A stretch of 64,000 bases of DNA from Pedobacter terrae (GCF_036946585.1 NZ_JAQIIV010000013.1:27492-91491); one strand, 5' to 3'. Positions 30,779 through 42,314 are shown, numbered from the stretch's first letter. The notes: a model not told the origin generated them from the letters alone. Numbers and translations are program-made.

Positions 30779-31284
30779 TTTATTCCAACAATCTACTTGC
30801 AATATTCTTTTTTTATCGCCACAGGCTTTGTGATGCTTTTTGTGTTCATACAAATCGGCTAAAAATAAGTTTGCAAAAATGAGATGAGGTTGTTTTTTTA
30901 AGTGTTTATAGGATAAAATCAGTACCATATAACGCGATAGAAGCAGGGGTGATATACCTTCATGCCTGACCCGATCTGATCGCTGTAACATACGGACCAT
31001 TCCTGTTCATGGATATCGCCTGAATAAATGGAAGTTCATGAACAATCCCAATGTCAGTATTCTGGCAGTGGCTTCGCTAATTGTCAAACGAACAAGAACA
31101 GCTGAAAAAAAATCAGGCATCTTAACTTTGCTAAGTAAGTACAACATTAAAAATTAATTTGGTATGCTAAAAGTCAAAAAAATATAGGAGTATCCAAACA
31201 TTTGTGAAGTTAGGCTTGTATGATACTTAGTTTAATTGATTATCAGATTTTAAGTATAGCCGGGTTTTAATTTCTACTGTATAC

Positions 31285-32442
31285 ATGGAAAGTTATTCAA
31301 GAGTTTTAAGTAATGATCAGCTTTTAGAGGTGCTTTCGTTATCAAAAGATGCAACAGCCATATATACATCAGAGCATATTGTCATCGAAATGGCGAATGA
31401 TGCCATGATTAGTTTTTGGGGCAAAGACCGTTCTATTATTGGCAAACCACTGGAAGATGCCGTGCCTGAATTGAAGGGGCAACCTTTTATCAACATGCTA
31501 AAAAATGTATTGCTCACAGGCGTTACAGATAAAGGTGATGCCATACCAGCTGAAACAATGCGGGACGGGAAATTGCAAACAGCTTATTATACTTATGAAT
31601 ACCGGCCCATTAAGGATGAATCTGGAATTCCTTATTGTATCCTTCATACTGCGAGCGATGTGACCGATATGGTAAAAGCTAAAAAAGCCATTAAAGAAAC
31701 TGAACTACAACGCGAAGCGCTGGATCAGGAACAAATGCTAATCAGCATAAAAGAAGAACAGCAAAAAAATGATTTTATTAGCATGGTAAGCCATGAATTA
31801 AAAACGCCCTTAACTTCCATTAGTGCCTACATCCAATTGATGCAGAGTAGAAATTTAGCAGATCTTTTTGTTGTAAATACGCTGGGTAAGGTTCAAAAGC
31901 AAATCCGTAAAATGAGTACGCTAATCAGTTCTTTTTTGAACGTATCACGCTTAGAATCCGGAGAAATTCAATTGAACCTGTCGCATTTTGATCTTGATAA
32001 AGTAATCCTGGATGTAGTGGATGATTTAAGATTGATCTATCCCGCCAACCATATCAATTTCGAGTCACATATTGCTAAATCGATTTATGCTGATAAAGAC
32101 AAAATTGCTTCTGTCATTTCAAACCTCATCAGCAATGCCGTAAAATATTCAGATCTAAATAGTACAGTTTTGATTCAATCAGAAATCAGCGAGAATGAAG
32201 TACATGTTTCTGTAACTGATCATGGCATTGGCATAGAGCCACATGATCTGGAAAAACTTTTTGACCGGTTTTTTCGTGTCTCAAGTCAACAGACCAAAAC
32301 CATTTCAGGCTTTGGAATAGGTTTGTATCTCAGCGCCGAGATTATAAATCTGCATCAAGGTAGAATCTGGGCAGAAAGTGATTACGGTGTGGGTTCTTCT
32401 TTTCATTTCTGTGTTCCGCTTGCTCAGGCTGATAATGTTTAA
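31285..32442 (+). CDS. PAS-domain sensor histidine kinase (orphan)
   Basis: PAS region; FISMVSHELKTPLTSI (H box), NLISNAVKYS, DHGIGI, LFDRFFRV, GFGIGLYL. Confidence 0.92.
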   Translation: MESYSRVLSNDQLLEVLSLSKDATAIYTSEHIVIEMANDAMISFWGKDRSIIGKPLEDAVPELKGQPFINMLKNVLLTGVTDKGDAIPAETMRDGKLQTAYYTYEYRPIKDESGIPYCILHTASDVTDMVKAKKAIKETELQREALDQEQMLISIKEEQQKNDFISMVSHELKTPLTSISAYIQLMQSRNLADLFVVNTLGKVQKQIRKMSTLISSFLNVSRLESGEIQLNLSHFDLDKVILDVVDDLRLIYPANHINFESHIAKSIYADKDKIASVISNLISNAVKYSDLNSTVLIQSEISENEVHVSVTDHGIGIEPHDLEKLFDRFFRVSSQQTKTISGFGIGLYLSAEIINLHQGRIWAESDYGVGSSFHFCVPLAQADNV

Positions 32443-32481
32443 ATAAACAACACAATTAAAATGCTCATTTGTTATCATTAA

Positions 32482-33857
32482 ATGAGCATTTCATCTATAA
32501 ACCCCATCAACGGGGCAATCATAAAAAATTACCAGGCGGATACTGCAAATATCATTGATCATAAAATTGATCATGCGCATCAGGCCTGGTTAAATTATAA
32601 AGAAACTGATTTTCAAGCCCGTTCCGGATTACTACTACAAGCTTCGAGCATATTAACTGAGCGTAAAGATCAGCTGGCAAAATTAATGGCTTTAGAAATG
32701 GGCAAACCCTTAAAAGCTGGTGTGGCCGAAATACTTAAATGTGCCTCCGTTTGCGAATATTATGCTAAAAACGGATCGGAATTTCTAGCCGATCAGATGA
32801 TCAAAACAGAAGCATCCAAAAGTTATGTGAGTTTTCAGCCTATAGGTGTGGTATTGGCCATTATGCCCTGGAATTTCCCTTTCTGGCAAGTGTTTCGCTT
32901 TCTGGCTCCTGCGCTAATGGCCGGTAATGCTGCAGTGTTAAAACATTCATCTGGCGTTACAGGTTGTGCGCTCGAAATAGAAAAAATAATTGAAGATGCA
33001 GGATTTCCTCCAAATATTTTTAGAACGTTGGTTTGTAGCAGTAACGCAATCACGAAAGTAATTGAAAATTCGTACATCAAAGCGGTAACCCTGACCGGAA
33101 GTACCGAAGCAGGCAAAAAAGTAGCTGAACAAGCAGGTAAACTGATAAAAAAAACAGTATTGGAACTTGGCGGCAGTGATCCGTATATTATTTTGGAAGA
33201 TGCAGATTTAGAAAGGGCAGCAAAAATATGCGCCGAAGCCCGCTTAATCAATAACGGGCAAAGTTGCATCGCAGCTAAACGCTTCATCGTGATGGCATCG
33301 GTAGAGGAAAAATTTACCCAACTTTTAAAGCAGAAATGGAACGTAAAAGAACTGGCGATCCATTAAAGCCCGAAACAGATCTTGGGCCAATGGCCAGGGC
33401 CGAACTTCGTGATGAATTGCATCAACAGGTTTTAAAGAGCATAGAACAAGGTGCAAAATGTATCCTTGGAGGCGAGGTTCCAATTATGCCTGGTAATCAT
33501 GCCTATTACCAGCCCACTATTTTGACCAATGTAAAAAAAGGCGTGTTGGCATATGATGAGGAGATATTTGGCCCGGTAGCAGCCATTATCACCGCAAAAG
33601 ATACTGATGATGCCATCCGTATGGCCAACGATACTAATTTCGGATTGGGGGCAGCTGTTTTTACCAGAAATAGCGCGCTGGCAGAAGACATTGCCCGAAA
33701 TAAGCTCGCCGCAGGTTCTTGTTTTGTAAACGAAAGCGTAAAATCAGATAGTGCTTTGCCTTTTGGTGGTATCAATCAGTCTGGCTATGGCCGCGAATTA
33801 AGCATGTTCGGCATCCATGAGTTTGTAAATATTAAAACAGTATATATCAAATCATAA
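32482..33857 (+). CDS. NAD(P)-dependent succinate-semialdehyde dehydrogenase (GabD/Sad-like), apparent -1 frameshift at ~33330
   Basis: IMPWNFPFWQ, LELGGSDP, NGQSCIA in the first ORF; EEIFGP, PFGGINQSGYGRE in the second; adding one G (AAG GCA GAA) joins them as LLKAEMERKRTGDP. Confidence 0.9.
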
Positions 33858-33865
33858 TATCCTAT

Positions 33866-34795
33866 ATGAAAGCAGTTAGAATCCACGAGTTTGGCGGTCC
33901 GGACGTTTTATCAATTGATGAAATTCCAGTACCTCAGCCAGCATCTGATGAAGTATTGATCAAAGTGCATGCAACCAGTGTTAATCCGGTTGATTGGAAA
34001 ATTAGGCAAGGTGATCGTAAAGATAAATTTCCGTCTAAATTACCATTAACCCTGGGCTGGGATGTTTCTGGCACCGTTGAGGAAGTTGGGGAAAAAATAA
34101 GTGCCTTTAAAAAAGGTGATGAAGTATACGGCAGACCCAATCCAACGCAAAATGGTGCTTATGCTGAATATATTGTAGTTAAAGCAAATATCATCAGTAT
34201 CAAACCCACCAGCATAGGGCATACAGAGGCCGCCGCTGTACCATTGGCAGGTTTAACCGCATGGCAGGGTTTATTTGATCATGGTTTGCTAAAAGCCGGA
34301 CAAAAAGTGTTGATCCATGCGGCTGCAGGTGGGGTAGGTACTTACGCTGTACAATTTGCAAAATGGAAAGGTGCATACGTCATCGGTACCGCATCAGCTA
34401 ACAATGCTGATTTTTTGAAGCGTTTGGGCGCAGATGAAGTGATAGATTATAAAATGGAAGATTTTGAGTCTGTGTTGAACGATGTAGATCTTGTTTTGGA
34501 TACCATTGGAAAAGAAACGCAGCTTAAATCATTAAATATATTAAAAGAAGGTGGACGGGTAGTGACTACTTTGATGCCCGAATTTGTAGCTGAAGCTAAA
34601 GCTAAAAAAGTCCACCTGATCGGTTTTATGGCACAATCCATTCCTGCGCAATTAACTGAAATAGGCAGTTTGATCGATTCAGGAAAAGTTAAACCCGTTA
34701 TTGATAAAGTTTTACCTTTTACCAGCGCAAAACAGGCACAAATAGAAAGCGAACAGGGGCATACCAGGGGGAAAATTGTACTCCAGGTAATTTAA
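33866..34795 (+). CDS. NADP-dependent oxidoreductase, MDR/quinone-oxidoreductase-like
   Basis: SVNPVDWK, LGWDVSG, PLAGLTAWQGL, HAAAGGVG, GHTRGKIVL. Confidence 0.92.
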   Translation: MKAVRIHEFGGPDVLSIDEIPVPQPASDEVLIKVHATSVNPVDWKIRQGDRKDKFPSKLPLTLGWDVSGTVEEVGEKISAFKKGDEVYGRPNPTQNGAYAEYIVVKANIISIKPTSIGHTEAAAVPLAGLTAWQGLFDHGLLKAGQKVLIHAAAGGVGTYAVQFAKWKGAYVIGTASANNADFLKRLGADEVIDYKMEDFESVLNDVDLVLDTIGKETQLKSLNILKEGGRVVTTLMPEFVAEAKAKKVHLIGFMAQSIPAQLTEIGSLIDSGKVKPVIDKVLPFTSAKQAQIESEQGHTRGKIVLQVI

Positions 34796-34824
34796 CAGGG
34801 TTTCCTGGCAGCATGTAATGACAT

Positions 34825-34859
34825 GGGGGAGAGCTGGAGCAAAGCTCCAGCTCTCCCCC
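34825..34859. terminator. Perfect 16-bp GC-rich hairpin between convergent genes
   Basis: GGGGGAGAGCTGGAGC-AAA-GCTCCAGCTCTCCCCC. Confidence 0.7.
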
Positions 34860-34875
34860 TTAAAGCATCCAATGG

Positions 34876-35817
34876 TTACTGCAAGTAAATATCTGTGCTA
34901 AAATCATTTTCCTTTACATCGGCTGACTGTGGCTGGATAATCACAAACTTGATGATATTAAATTCCTGTTTAATTTTAGCCCTCAACCGGTCTATTGCGT
35001 GGGTTAAATCAGTGGTGTTCAATTCTGCATTGAAGGTGAGAATGAGTACCAATAATACTTCTTTTGGTGATTGATATTGTGATAATACACTGGTTACGGT
35101 AAGCACATCCTGATCATCTTCCACCAGTTTTTTAATTTTTTGCTGCGTTTCTGACGTTAAGCCTTCGCCCATGAGTAGGCTACGGCTTTCTCTTGCCAGT
35201 ATAAATGATACAAAAATTAAAAGTGTACCCACCAAAACGGAAGCCAGGCCATCTAAAAATGGTAAATTTAAGTTATGGCTCAGTACCATGAAAATAAAAA
35301 CAATTACTAATCCTAAAACCGCGGCTCCATCTTCAAAAAGCACTAAAAAGCCAGATGGATCTTTACTTTTGATGATCGCTTTCCACCAGGGTAAACCTTT
35401 ACGCGTTTTATTAAATTCTTTGATGGCAATGAGGAGTGATATGCCTTCAAAAATGAAGGATAAACCCAATACCACATAGTTCCATGTCGGGTTTCCTAAA
35501 ATTTCAGGGCGACGGATGTGTGCAATACCTTGCGAAATTGAAACCACACCGCCTAAGCCGAAAATCATAACGGATACAATAAACGACCAAAAATACAGCT
35601 CTTTACCATAACCAAACGGGCGGGTTTTATCTGGTGGTTTCACACTTCGTTTTAGTCCATAAAGCAATAAAAGCTGGTTGCTCGTATCAACCGTAGAGTG
35701 AATGCCTTCTGCAATCATTGAAGAGCTGTTGGTAAAAGCCCCGGCTATAAATTTAGTTACTGCAATTAGTAAATTTGCTGCTAAAGCACTATAAATGGAA
35801 TTATTGGCTCTTGCCAT
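34876..35817 (-). CDS. Cation diffusion facilitator (CDF) transporter
   Basis: SSSMIAEGIHSTVD, RPFGYGKELYFWS, EDGAAVLG, DGLAS. Confidence 0.9.
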   Translation of the reverse strand: MARANNSIYSALAANLLIAVTKFIAGAFTNSSSMIAEGIHSTVDTSNQLLLLYGLKRSVKPPDKTRPFGYGKELYFWSFIVSVMIFGLGGVVSISQGIAHIRRPEILGNPTWNYVVLGLSFIFEGISLLIAIKEFNKTRKGLPWWKAIIKSKDPSGFLVLFEDGAAVLGLVIVFIFMVLSHNLNLPFLDGLASVLVGTLLIFVSFILARESRSLLMGEGLTSETQQKIKKLVEDDQDVLTVTSVLSQYQSPKEVLLVLILTFNAELNTTDLTHAIDRLRAKIKQEFNIIKFVIIQPQSADVKENDFSTDIYLQ

Positions 35818-36151
35818 AAATTAAGAAATGTGATAGATCCATTTCTTAAACCCTTTTAATCTCATTTGGTTTTGGAATGAGTGATGAAAACATACGTGAA
35901 TATCTACAACATAGCTCTAATTTTTGCGCCTTTTTATAGTGCAATCGTCCTGCTGATCCGATAGCGATCGGATTTATTTTACAAGTAGAAATATGGTTTT
36001 CAATTGCCTTGTAGCTATTTCGTGGTCAGCATCTTTCCGGTAACGAGTGTCATTTCTGAATAGAAATCTTTAAACATGTACTAAAGATCGCTATCTCTCT
36101 ATAATTCATTTTATAGTTTTCGGAATGGGATGACGACTTTTTTCGGAATTT

Positions 36152-37141
36152 TTACCCTAAAATCTCATCAATCAACTTAATTTCTTCTTCGTTAAATATA
36201 ACATTGTCTAATGCTTTAATTGAATCTGTAATCTGTTCTGGTTTACTTGCACCTATCAATACAGTTGTAACCCTATCATCTTTCAATATCCATGATAAAG
36301 CCATATGCGCCAGTTTTTGTCCACGCGATTGGGCAAGCGCATTTAACCTGGCAATTACCGCTAATTTTTCCGGGGTGATATTGCTTTCGTTTAGGAAAAC
36401 ACCACTTGTCGCCACCCTTGAATCAGATGGGATGCCATGCAAATATTTATCGGTAAGTAAACCTTGCGCCAGTGGCGAGAATGGAATACAGCCTACACCA
36501 TTTTGTGCTAAAACATCAAGCAAGCCATTTTCTACCCAACGTTCAAACATCGAATATTTGGGCTGGTGGATTAAACATGGCGTACCATTATCTTTTAAAA
36601 TCTGAATCGCCTTTTCCGCTTCGGCCGGCTGATAATTTGAGATACCCACATAAAGCGCTTTTCCTTGTTTAACCAAGAGGCTTAAAGCACCCATAGTTTC
36701 CTCTAGAGGTGTTTCAGGATCCGGACGATGGTGGTAAAAAATATCTACATAATCCAGTTTCATCCGTTTTAAACTCTGATCTAAACTGGAAACCAAATAC
36801 TTTTTCGAACCCCAATCGCCGTACGGACCATCCCACATGGTATATCCGGCTTTACTGGAAATAATCATTTCATCACGATAGCCCCTAAAATCTTCATGGA
36901 GTATTTTTCCAAAAACTTCTTCAGCCGACCCAGGGGGCGGACCATAATTATTCGCTAAATCGAAGTGGGTAATTCCGTTATTAAAAGCCGTATAAATGAG
37001 TTTTTTGCTGTTTTCAAAAACATTTACGTATCCGAAATTATGCCATAAACCTAGCGATATGGCTGGCAATTTAAGTCCGCTATTTCCGCAACGGCGATAT
37101 AACATTTTGTCGTAACGCCCGGTTGAAATGATTTGATTCAT
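36152..37141 (-). CDS. mgrA: L-glyceraldehyde-3-phosphate reductase-like aldo/keto reductase (YghZ/Gpr/MgrA)
   Basis: YRRCGNSGLKLPAISLGLWHNFG, FDLANNYGPPPGSAE, SKAGYTMWDGPYGDWGSKKYL. Confidence 0.9.
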   Translation of the reverse strand: MNQIISTGRYDKMLYRRCGNSGLKLPAISLGLWHNFGYVNVFENSKKLIYTAFNNGITHFDLANNYGPPPGSAEEVFGKILHEDFRGYRDEMIISSKAGYTMWDGPYGDWGSKKYLVSSLDQSLKRMKLDYVDIFYHHRPDPETPLEETMGALSLLVKQGKALYVGISNYQPAEAEKAIQILKDNGTPCLIHQPKYSMFERWVENGLLDVLAQNGVGCIPFSPLAQGLLTDKYLHGIPSDSRVATSGVFLNESNITPEKLAVIARLNALAQSRGQKLAHMALSWILKDDRVTTVLIGASKPEQITDSIKALDNVIFNEEEIKLIDEILG

Positions 37142-37501
37142 ATTTAGATTTTGATTGCTACAATGATAATTAGTTTTAACGGATTTTAATTCATGTTAAA
37201 TAGAATATGATGAGCGTTTTAAATGCAATTGCAAAACGAATAATCGGGTTATGGCTTAAAGTACACGCTAATTCAGCTATATGGCTGCTTTAAGTATAAG
37301 GTGTAGCATCTGCCAATAATGTATTCTGCTGAAAAATGAATGATCTTCTAAATTATACTTCCACATATTGTAATTGCTGCTCTACAAATCGTATCGTTCC
37401 GGTTTTACTGAAGCAAATATTTGCTTTTAATTTACCTAAATCGTTTTATTTGTAAAATAATGCAATATATTTACAATTGTAATCTATACCAAATATTCTA
37501 A

Positions 37502-38677
37502 TTGATGAAACCAAAATTATTATTTAGCCTATGTGCCCTGGCCGCAACAGGATTTGCATCCTGTCAATCCGGAACCAAAGAATCATCCTCAAATGATACT
37601 GTGAAAAGTGATACGGTAGCAGTTATAAAATTAGCTGCCGATTCTTTTACCAAGGAAATCGATGGTAAAAAAACAGCATTGTATACCTTAAAAAACAAAA
37701 ATGGCGCAGCAGCTATTTTTACCAATTATGGCGGGCGCCTGGTGAGTTTAGTGATGCCAGATAAAAATGGTAAAATGGTTGATGTGGTGGTGGGCTTTAA
37801 AAGCATTGGCGATTATGAAAAATCTACCGAGCCTTACTTTGGCGCAACCATTGGCCGTTATGGCAACCGTATTGCAAAAGGCAAATTTACACTTGAAGGC
37901 AAAACTTATTCGCTGTTTACCAACAACGGAAAGAATACCCTGCACGGAGGTAAAAAAGGCTTCCAATATGTGGTTTGGGATGCCAGTCAACCTCATGCTA
38001 ACACGTTAGTTCTGCATTATCTGTCAAAAGATGGAGAGGAGAGTTTCCCAGGGAATTTAGATGTTCAGGTTACTTACACCTTAACCGATGATAATGAATT
38101 GAAAATGGACTACGAAGCGAAGACAGATCAAACCACGGTTGTAAATTTAACCAATCATGCATTTTTTAATTTAAATGGTGATGGAAGCGGAGATATTTTA
38201 AACCACCAGGTGAAGATTTATGCAGATGGATATACACCGGTTGATTCTACACTGATTCCGACAGGGAAAATAGAAAAAGTTAAAGGTACACCGTTCGATT
38301 TCACCACGGCAACAACTATTGGTAAACGCATAGATGACAAAAATGAACAGTTAACTTTCGGCAAAGGTTATGACCATAATTTTGTGCTGAATAAAACCAA
38401 AGCCATGGGTATGTTTCATGCAGCAACCGTTAAAGGAGATCAATCGGGCATTGTAATGGATATTTATACCCAGGAGCCGGGTTTACAGTTTTATAGCGGA
38501 AATTTTATGCAAAGTAAAAATACCTTTAAAAGTGGCGCTAAAGATGCTTTCAGAACGGCAATTGCCATGGAAACACAACACTTTCCTGATTCACCCAATC
38601 AGCCTGCTTTCCCATCAACGGTTTTAAAACCAGGCCAGGTATATAAAACCAGCTCCATCTACAAGTTTAGCAAATAA
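37502..38677 (+). CDS. galM: Aldose 1-epimerase (mutarotase), lipoprotein type
   Basis: GATIGRYGNRIA, LHGG, NLTNHAFFNL, QFYSGN, METQHFPDSPN; lipobox FASC. Confidence 0.93.
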   Translation: MMKPKLLFSLCALAATGFASCQSGTKESSSNDTVKSDTVAVIKLAADSFTKEIDGKKTALYTLKNKNGAAAIFTNYGGRLVSLVMPDKNGKMVDVVVGFKSIGDYEKSTEPYFGATIGRYGNRIAKGKFTLEGKTYSLFTNNGKNTLHGGKKGFQYVVWDASQPHANTLVLHYLSKDGEESFPGNLDVQVTYTLTDDNELKMDYEAKTDQTTVVNLTNHAFFNLNGDGSGDILNHQVKIYADGYTPVDSTLIPTGKIEKVKGTPFDFTTATTIGKRIDDKNEQLTFGKGYDHNFVLNKTKAMGMFHAATVKGDQSGIVMDIYTQEPGLQFYSGNFMQSKNTFKSGAKDAFRTAIAMETQHFPDSPNQPAFPSTVLKPGQVYKTSSIYKFSK

Positions 38678-38713
38678 TAATCTTGTTAAACAAAGTATCC
38701 TAATATTATGCTG

Positions 38714-38748
38714 ATAGATACGGCCTGACATAGGAAGGCCGTATCTAT
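38714..38748. terminator. Bidirectional terminator between galM and HAD gene
   Basis: ATAGATACGGCCT-N9-AGGCCGTATCTAT. Confidence 0.75.
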
Positions 38749-39414
38749 TTAAAAAAGTTCCTCTAACTTAGGATCTGTATAATCTTCTATAAATGCTATA
38801 ATGTTAGGGTAAGCAGAAAATTCTTCTTTGGTGTGCATGGTAGTAAGTACAACACATTTCATTCCTGCATTTTGTGCCGCTTCAACACCTTTTGGTGCAT
38901 CTTCAAAAACAATACATTGGTTAGCGTCTACACCTAAAATTTCAGCCCCCTTGGTAAAGGTTTCAGGATCTGGTTTGCTATTGGCCACATCTTCGGCACT
39001 TACTATGGCGTTAAAGTAAGAGCGGATAGCCAAGTTATCCAGCACAAAGTTGATGTTGAAAGGAATGGCTGCCGAACCAATGGCCATTTGAATACCTGAT
39101 TTTTTTGCTTTTTCCAAAAAATCGCCTAAACCGGTTATTAATGCCAAGTGCTTTTTATACGCTGTCTGATACCTGCGTTCTTTTTCGATGGAAATCTGAT
39201 CAATTTGTTCTTGCGTGAAATGACCAACGCCAAAAACACGTTCCAGCAGATCCTGGTTTTTACCATACATCTGTTTTTTAACGGCATCAAAACTGATGTT
39301 GGCACCTAAATCATGTGTAAGTATATTGTGCCAGGCATGGTTGTGAAAAACCATATCATTGATCATGGTGCCGTTAAGGTCAAAAAGGAAGGCTTTGGGT
39401 TTATCGTTTATCAT
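38749..39414 (-). CDS. HAD-family phosphatase (beta-phosphoglucomutase-like)
   Basis: FDLNGTMIND (second Asp of motif I replaced by N), SKPDPE, FEDAPKG; likely start MINDKPK near 39414. Confidence 0.85.
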   Translation of the reverse strand: MINDKPKAFLFDLNGTMINDMVFHNHAWHNILTHDLGANISFDAVKKQMYGKNQDLLERVFGVGHFTQEQIDQISIEKERRYQTAYKKHLALITGLGDFLEKAKKSGIQMAIGSAAIPFNINFVLDNLAIRSYFNAIVSAEDVANSKPDPETFTKGAEILGVDANQCIVFEDAPKGVEAAQNAGMKCVVLTTMHTKEEFSAYPNIIAFIEDYTDPKLEELF

Positions 39415-39624
39415 GAAAACAAAATTATCAGATTTTTTGATCATTAGGCTAAAACACCTAACAATAAAAATAGCCTGGCGGTAATGCGCAAAACAAGGGT
39501 AAAAACGGTTAAAAAAGCATGAGTTTAATGTTAACTCCCGGCTGTTAAGCCCGGCCGAGTTTGTTGGAAATATGCTATTCAAATAATTAACTTGCATATT
39601 CTAAATACAACATAAACAGATATT

Positions 39625-40233
39625 ATGACAGATGCCTACAATGAAGGCGATGCACTTATCAGGTATTTAAATGAGCTGCAGCCATTAAGAAAAGAAATAA
39701 TCGATCGAGGAAAAAAAGAAACGTTTAAATATGCCGTGCCTAAGAATGAGGTTTTGCCTAACTTAAGCCACCTTAATGGATATTATTTGTTCTTTATTGT
39801 TAAAGGTTTGGTAAGGGCTTTTATATTAGATGAAGGGAAGGATATTACGGCATGGTTTATAGATGAAAATCACTCAATTGGACAAATCAGAAATCCAGGG
39901 ATACTCGTACCTACCTACCGGGAACAATACCAGGCGCTGGAAGATTCAGAACTGCTTATACTTCCCTATCATTTTATTGATGATGTGTATGAGCAATTTC
40001 CTGAAACCAATATTTTAGCCAGAAAATTATTGGCTATACATTACCACATGTCGCAAGAGCGCTCTATCTTATCACGAATTCCTTCTGCTGAAATGAGGTA
40101 TAAGCAGTTTAAATCAGGTCATCCTGCAATAAAATCAAGGGTGCCATTAAAATTTCTGGCAAGCTATTTAGGCATGCGGATTGAAACTTTAAGCAGGGTA
40201 AGGAAAAAAGAAAAATTGCAGGCAAATGGCTAA
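39625..40233 (+). CDS. Crp/Fnr-family cNMP-binding protein
   Basis: FFIVKGLVRAF, QALEDSEL, LASYLGMRIETLSRVR. Confidence 0.85.
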   Translation: MTDAYNEGDALIRYLNELQPLRKEIIDRGKKETFKYAVPKNEVLPNLSHLNGYYLFFIVKGLVRAFILDEGKDITAWFIDENHSIGQIRNPGILVPTYREQYQALEDSELLILPYHFIDDVYEQFPETNILARKLLAIHYHMSQERSILSRIPSAEMRYKQFKSGHPAIKSRVPLKFLASYLGMRIETLSRVRKKEKLQANG

Positions 40234-40863
40234 CCTTTTTGCTTTCTAAAATAAAAGTAGCAAAGTGGAAAAAGGCAAATTAAACCTAATAAAAACCCAC
40301 CAACAGTGTCCGTAAACCAGTGTGCACCCAGGTAAATTCTGGATGGGGCAATGGTAATCATCAAAAATGCTGAAATATACGTTACTATATTTCTTGTCAG
40401 CTTCGGTACATCTTTCAACGTAATCATCAAAACAATCAGAAATCCAAAAAAGAGTGTGTAAGAAAGTACATGCCCGCTTGGATAACTTTGAAAACGGTTT
40501 ACTTCAACCAGCCGCACGTAAAATGCAGTTGGGCGTGGACGGTTGATTACATTTTTGATACCTAAAATAATCAATCCCGATAATAAAACTGTTGAAATGA
40601 ATATTCCTTCTCGTTTATATTGCTGCTGATAAAATACGATGGCCACAATTACTACCGATAATAATGAGTAGGGAAGTTCGCCAAAAAAGCTGATGGCCAG
40701 CATTAATTTATCTAACCAGTCTGCATGGTATTGTTGAATAAACAACGAAGTTTTAATGTCAAAATCGAGTAAGGGATGCTGGGCAATAAAGAAGCTTAAA
40801 CCGGTAAAAGCAGCAATTAGTATGGCAAGTATGAAGATTAGGGTAGTTCGTTTTAAAGGCATA
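40230..40863 (-). CDS. PAP2-family membrane phosphatase
   Basis: KNVINRPRP, SYPSGHV, SRIYLGAHWFTD; likely start MPLKRTT near 40863. Confidence 0.88.
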
Positions 40864-41310
40864 GGCTTAAGTTGATAAATGCCAAAACTATGGATTTTAT
40901 ACCGATAGATACGAAAAATCAACTTTAAAAATAAATGATAGTTTAAAAAAAGATGGTTAAAAATCTGATTCAGGGTGAGCAGTAGGACGGAACATTTACA
41001 AAGATTCATCAAGGAAATTAAACGATTCATCAAGGAAATACACCTATCTATATAATCTGTTGGGAGATATTGAAGTGAATGCTAATCTTTGAGTTAGATA
41101 ATAAGGATATCTATGCTTATGATGTTGGCAGGATTAATTCCTGCCAACTGAAAAAGCTCACCTTTCGACAATTCAATCAGATTATACTTTTTGTATTAAC
41201 GCTTCGGCCCAAGCCTACCTCCTTTAAAAGGAGGAGGTGCTTAGGTTGTTACTGGCTATCCTATATTCGTACCATTTTTAAACAATTCACATTTACCAAG
41301 GGTTATCATC

Positions 41311-41814
41311 ATGATGGAGCCCAAACCATACCAGGAAGAAGATATTAAAGTTCCCCGCTTTGAAGAAAGTGCTGGTTTTTACACTACAGCACAGCGAAGC
41401 AAGAACATGGCTAACATTAAGGCAAAAAATAGTTTGCCCGAGCTAAAATTGCGTAAAGCACTTTGGGCAAAAAATGTTAGGTTTAGGATTCATCCTAAAA
41501 ATTTTCCGGGCAAACCCGATCTGGTGATCAATAAATACCGGCTGGCCATATTTGTTGATGGCGATTTTTGGCATGGTTACAAATGGGATGAAAAGAAATT
41601 GATTATAAAAACGAACCCGGGTTTTTGGATTCCGAAGATTGAAAGAAATATACAACGCGACAGGCAAATCAACCAGCTGCTAAACGCTAAAGGTTATACG
41701 GTAATGCGCTTTTGGGAGCATGAAGTGAACCAACAGTTAACTGCTTGTGTGAACCAGGTTTTACTTTACCTCGAAGCGGCCAAAATTGCAGCTATACCGC
41801 AGGTTGATAATTAA
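41311..41814 (+). CDS. vsr: Very-short-patch repair endonuclease
   Basis: RSKNMANIKAKNS.PE, GKPDLV, IFVDGDFWHG, FWIPKIERNIQRD, MRFWEHE. Confidence 0.92.
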   Translation: MMEPKPYQEEDIKVPRFEESAGFYTTAQRSKNMANIKAKNSLPELKLRKALWAKNVRFRIHPKNFPGKPDLVINKYRLAIFVDGDFWHGYKWDEKKLIIKTNPGFWIPKIERNIQRDRQINQLLNAKGYTVMRFWEHEVNQQLTACVNQVLLYLEAAKIAAIPQVDN

Positions 41815-42165
41815 TTACTTTACCACAATCTGCTTCGGATCAGTAACTACGATCTGTTTTTTGCCTTTAAATTCTGAAACTACCCCGGTAACACAAATGT
41901 TGTTTCCCATAAACATGCTTGCAGGCTCTGAAGGGAATTTACGTTCATCTTCTTTATTAATCACTATCGTAATCAGCTCTTTTGGATAGGCACCGCCTAA
42001 ATTTAGGAGCGTTAATTTATCTAAAGCTTTCGTGCCGTACACTGAATCGCAAATGGATACGTTTTTTCCAATATATTGAGCCACATCCTTGGTTAATACC
42101 ATCGTTTGGCTCTTTGCATAAAATGCCGTGGCAATTAGCAAAACTAGGAGGGATAATCTTTTCAT
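41815..42165 (-). CDS. Secreted OB-fold-like hypothetical protein
   Basis: Signal peptide; LNLGGAYP...ICVTGVVSEFKGKKQIVV. Confidence 0.7.
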   Translation of the reverse strand: MKRLSLLVLLIATAFYAKSQTMVLTKDVAQYIGKNVSICDSVYGTKALDKLTLLNLGGAYPKELITIVINKEDERKFPSEPASMFMGNNICVTGVVSEFKGKKQIVVTDPKQIVVK

Positions 42166-42314
42166 CAGTGTTAAGATTTTATTGGATATTTATGTGTGCC
42201 ATGCAAGGCATTGGAGTTACCTTTCAAAGGTAAGTGACACTTTGGTGAAAAATGCCAAACAAGCATAAATATTACATTGGCTTAATTTAACTTATTTGGC
42301 TCACTTTGAAACCA

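Noticed and set aside
30764-31140. ORF 30764-31000 and short ORFs before the PAS kinase
   Set aside because: No recognisable family or clear initiation signals.
33320-33340. SSADH split as programmed frameshift or phase variation
   Set aside because: One missing G in a GG doublet, no slippery heptamer or long SSR; error or simple pseudogenisation is more likely and needs reads to decide.
1677-41989. Many 60-150 aa ORFs overlapping long genes (e.g. 1677-1868, 13277-13654, 18222-18581, 26487-26909, 36204-36605)
   Set aside because: Shadow ORFs inside well-supported CDSs with no independent signals.
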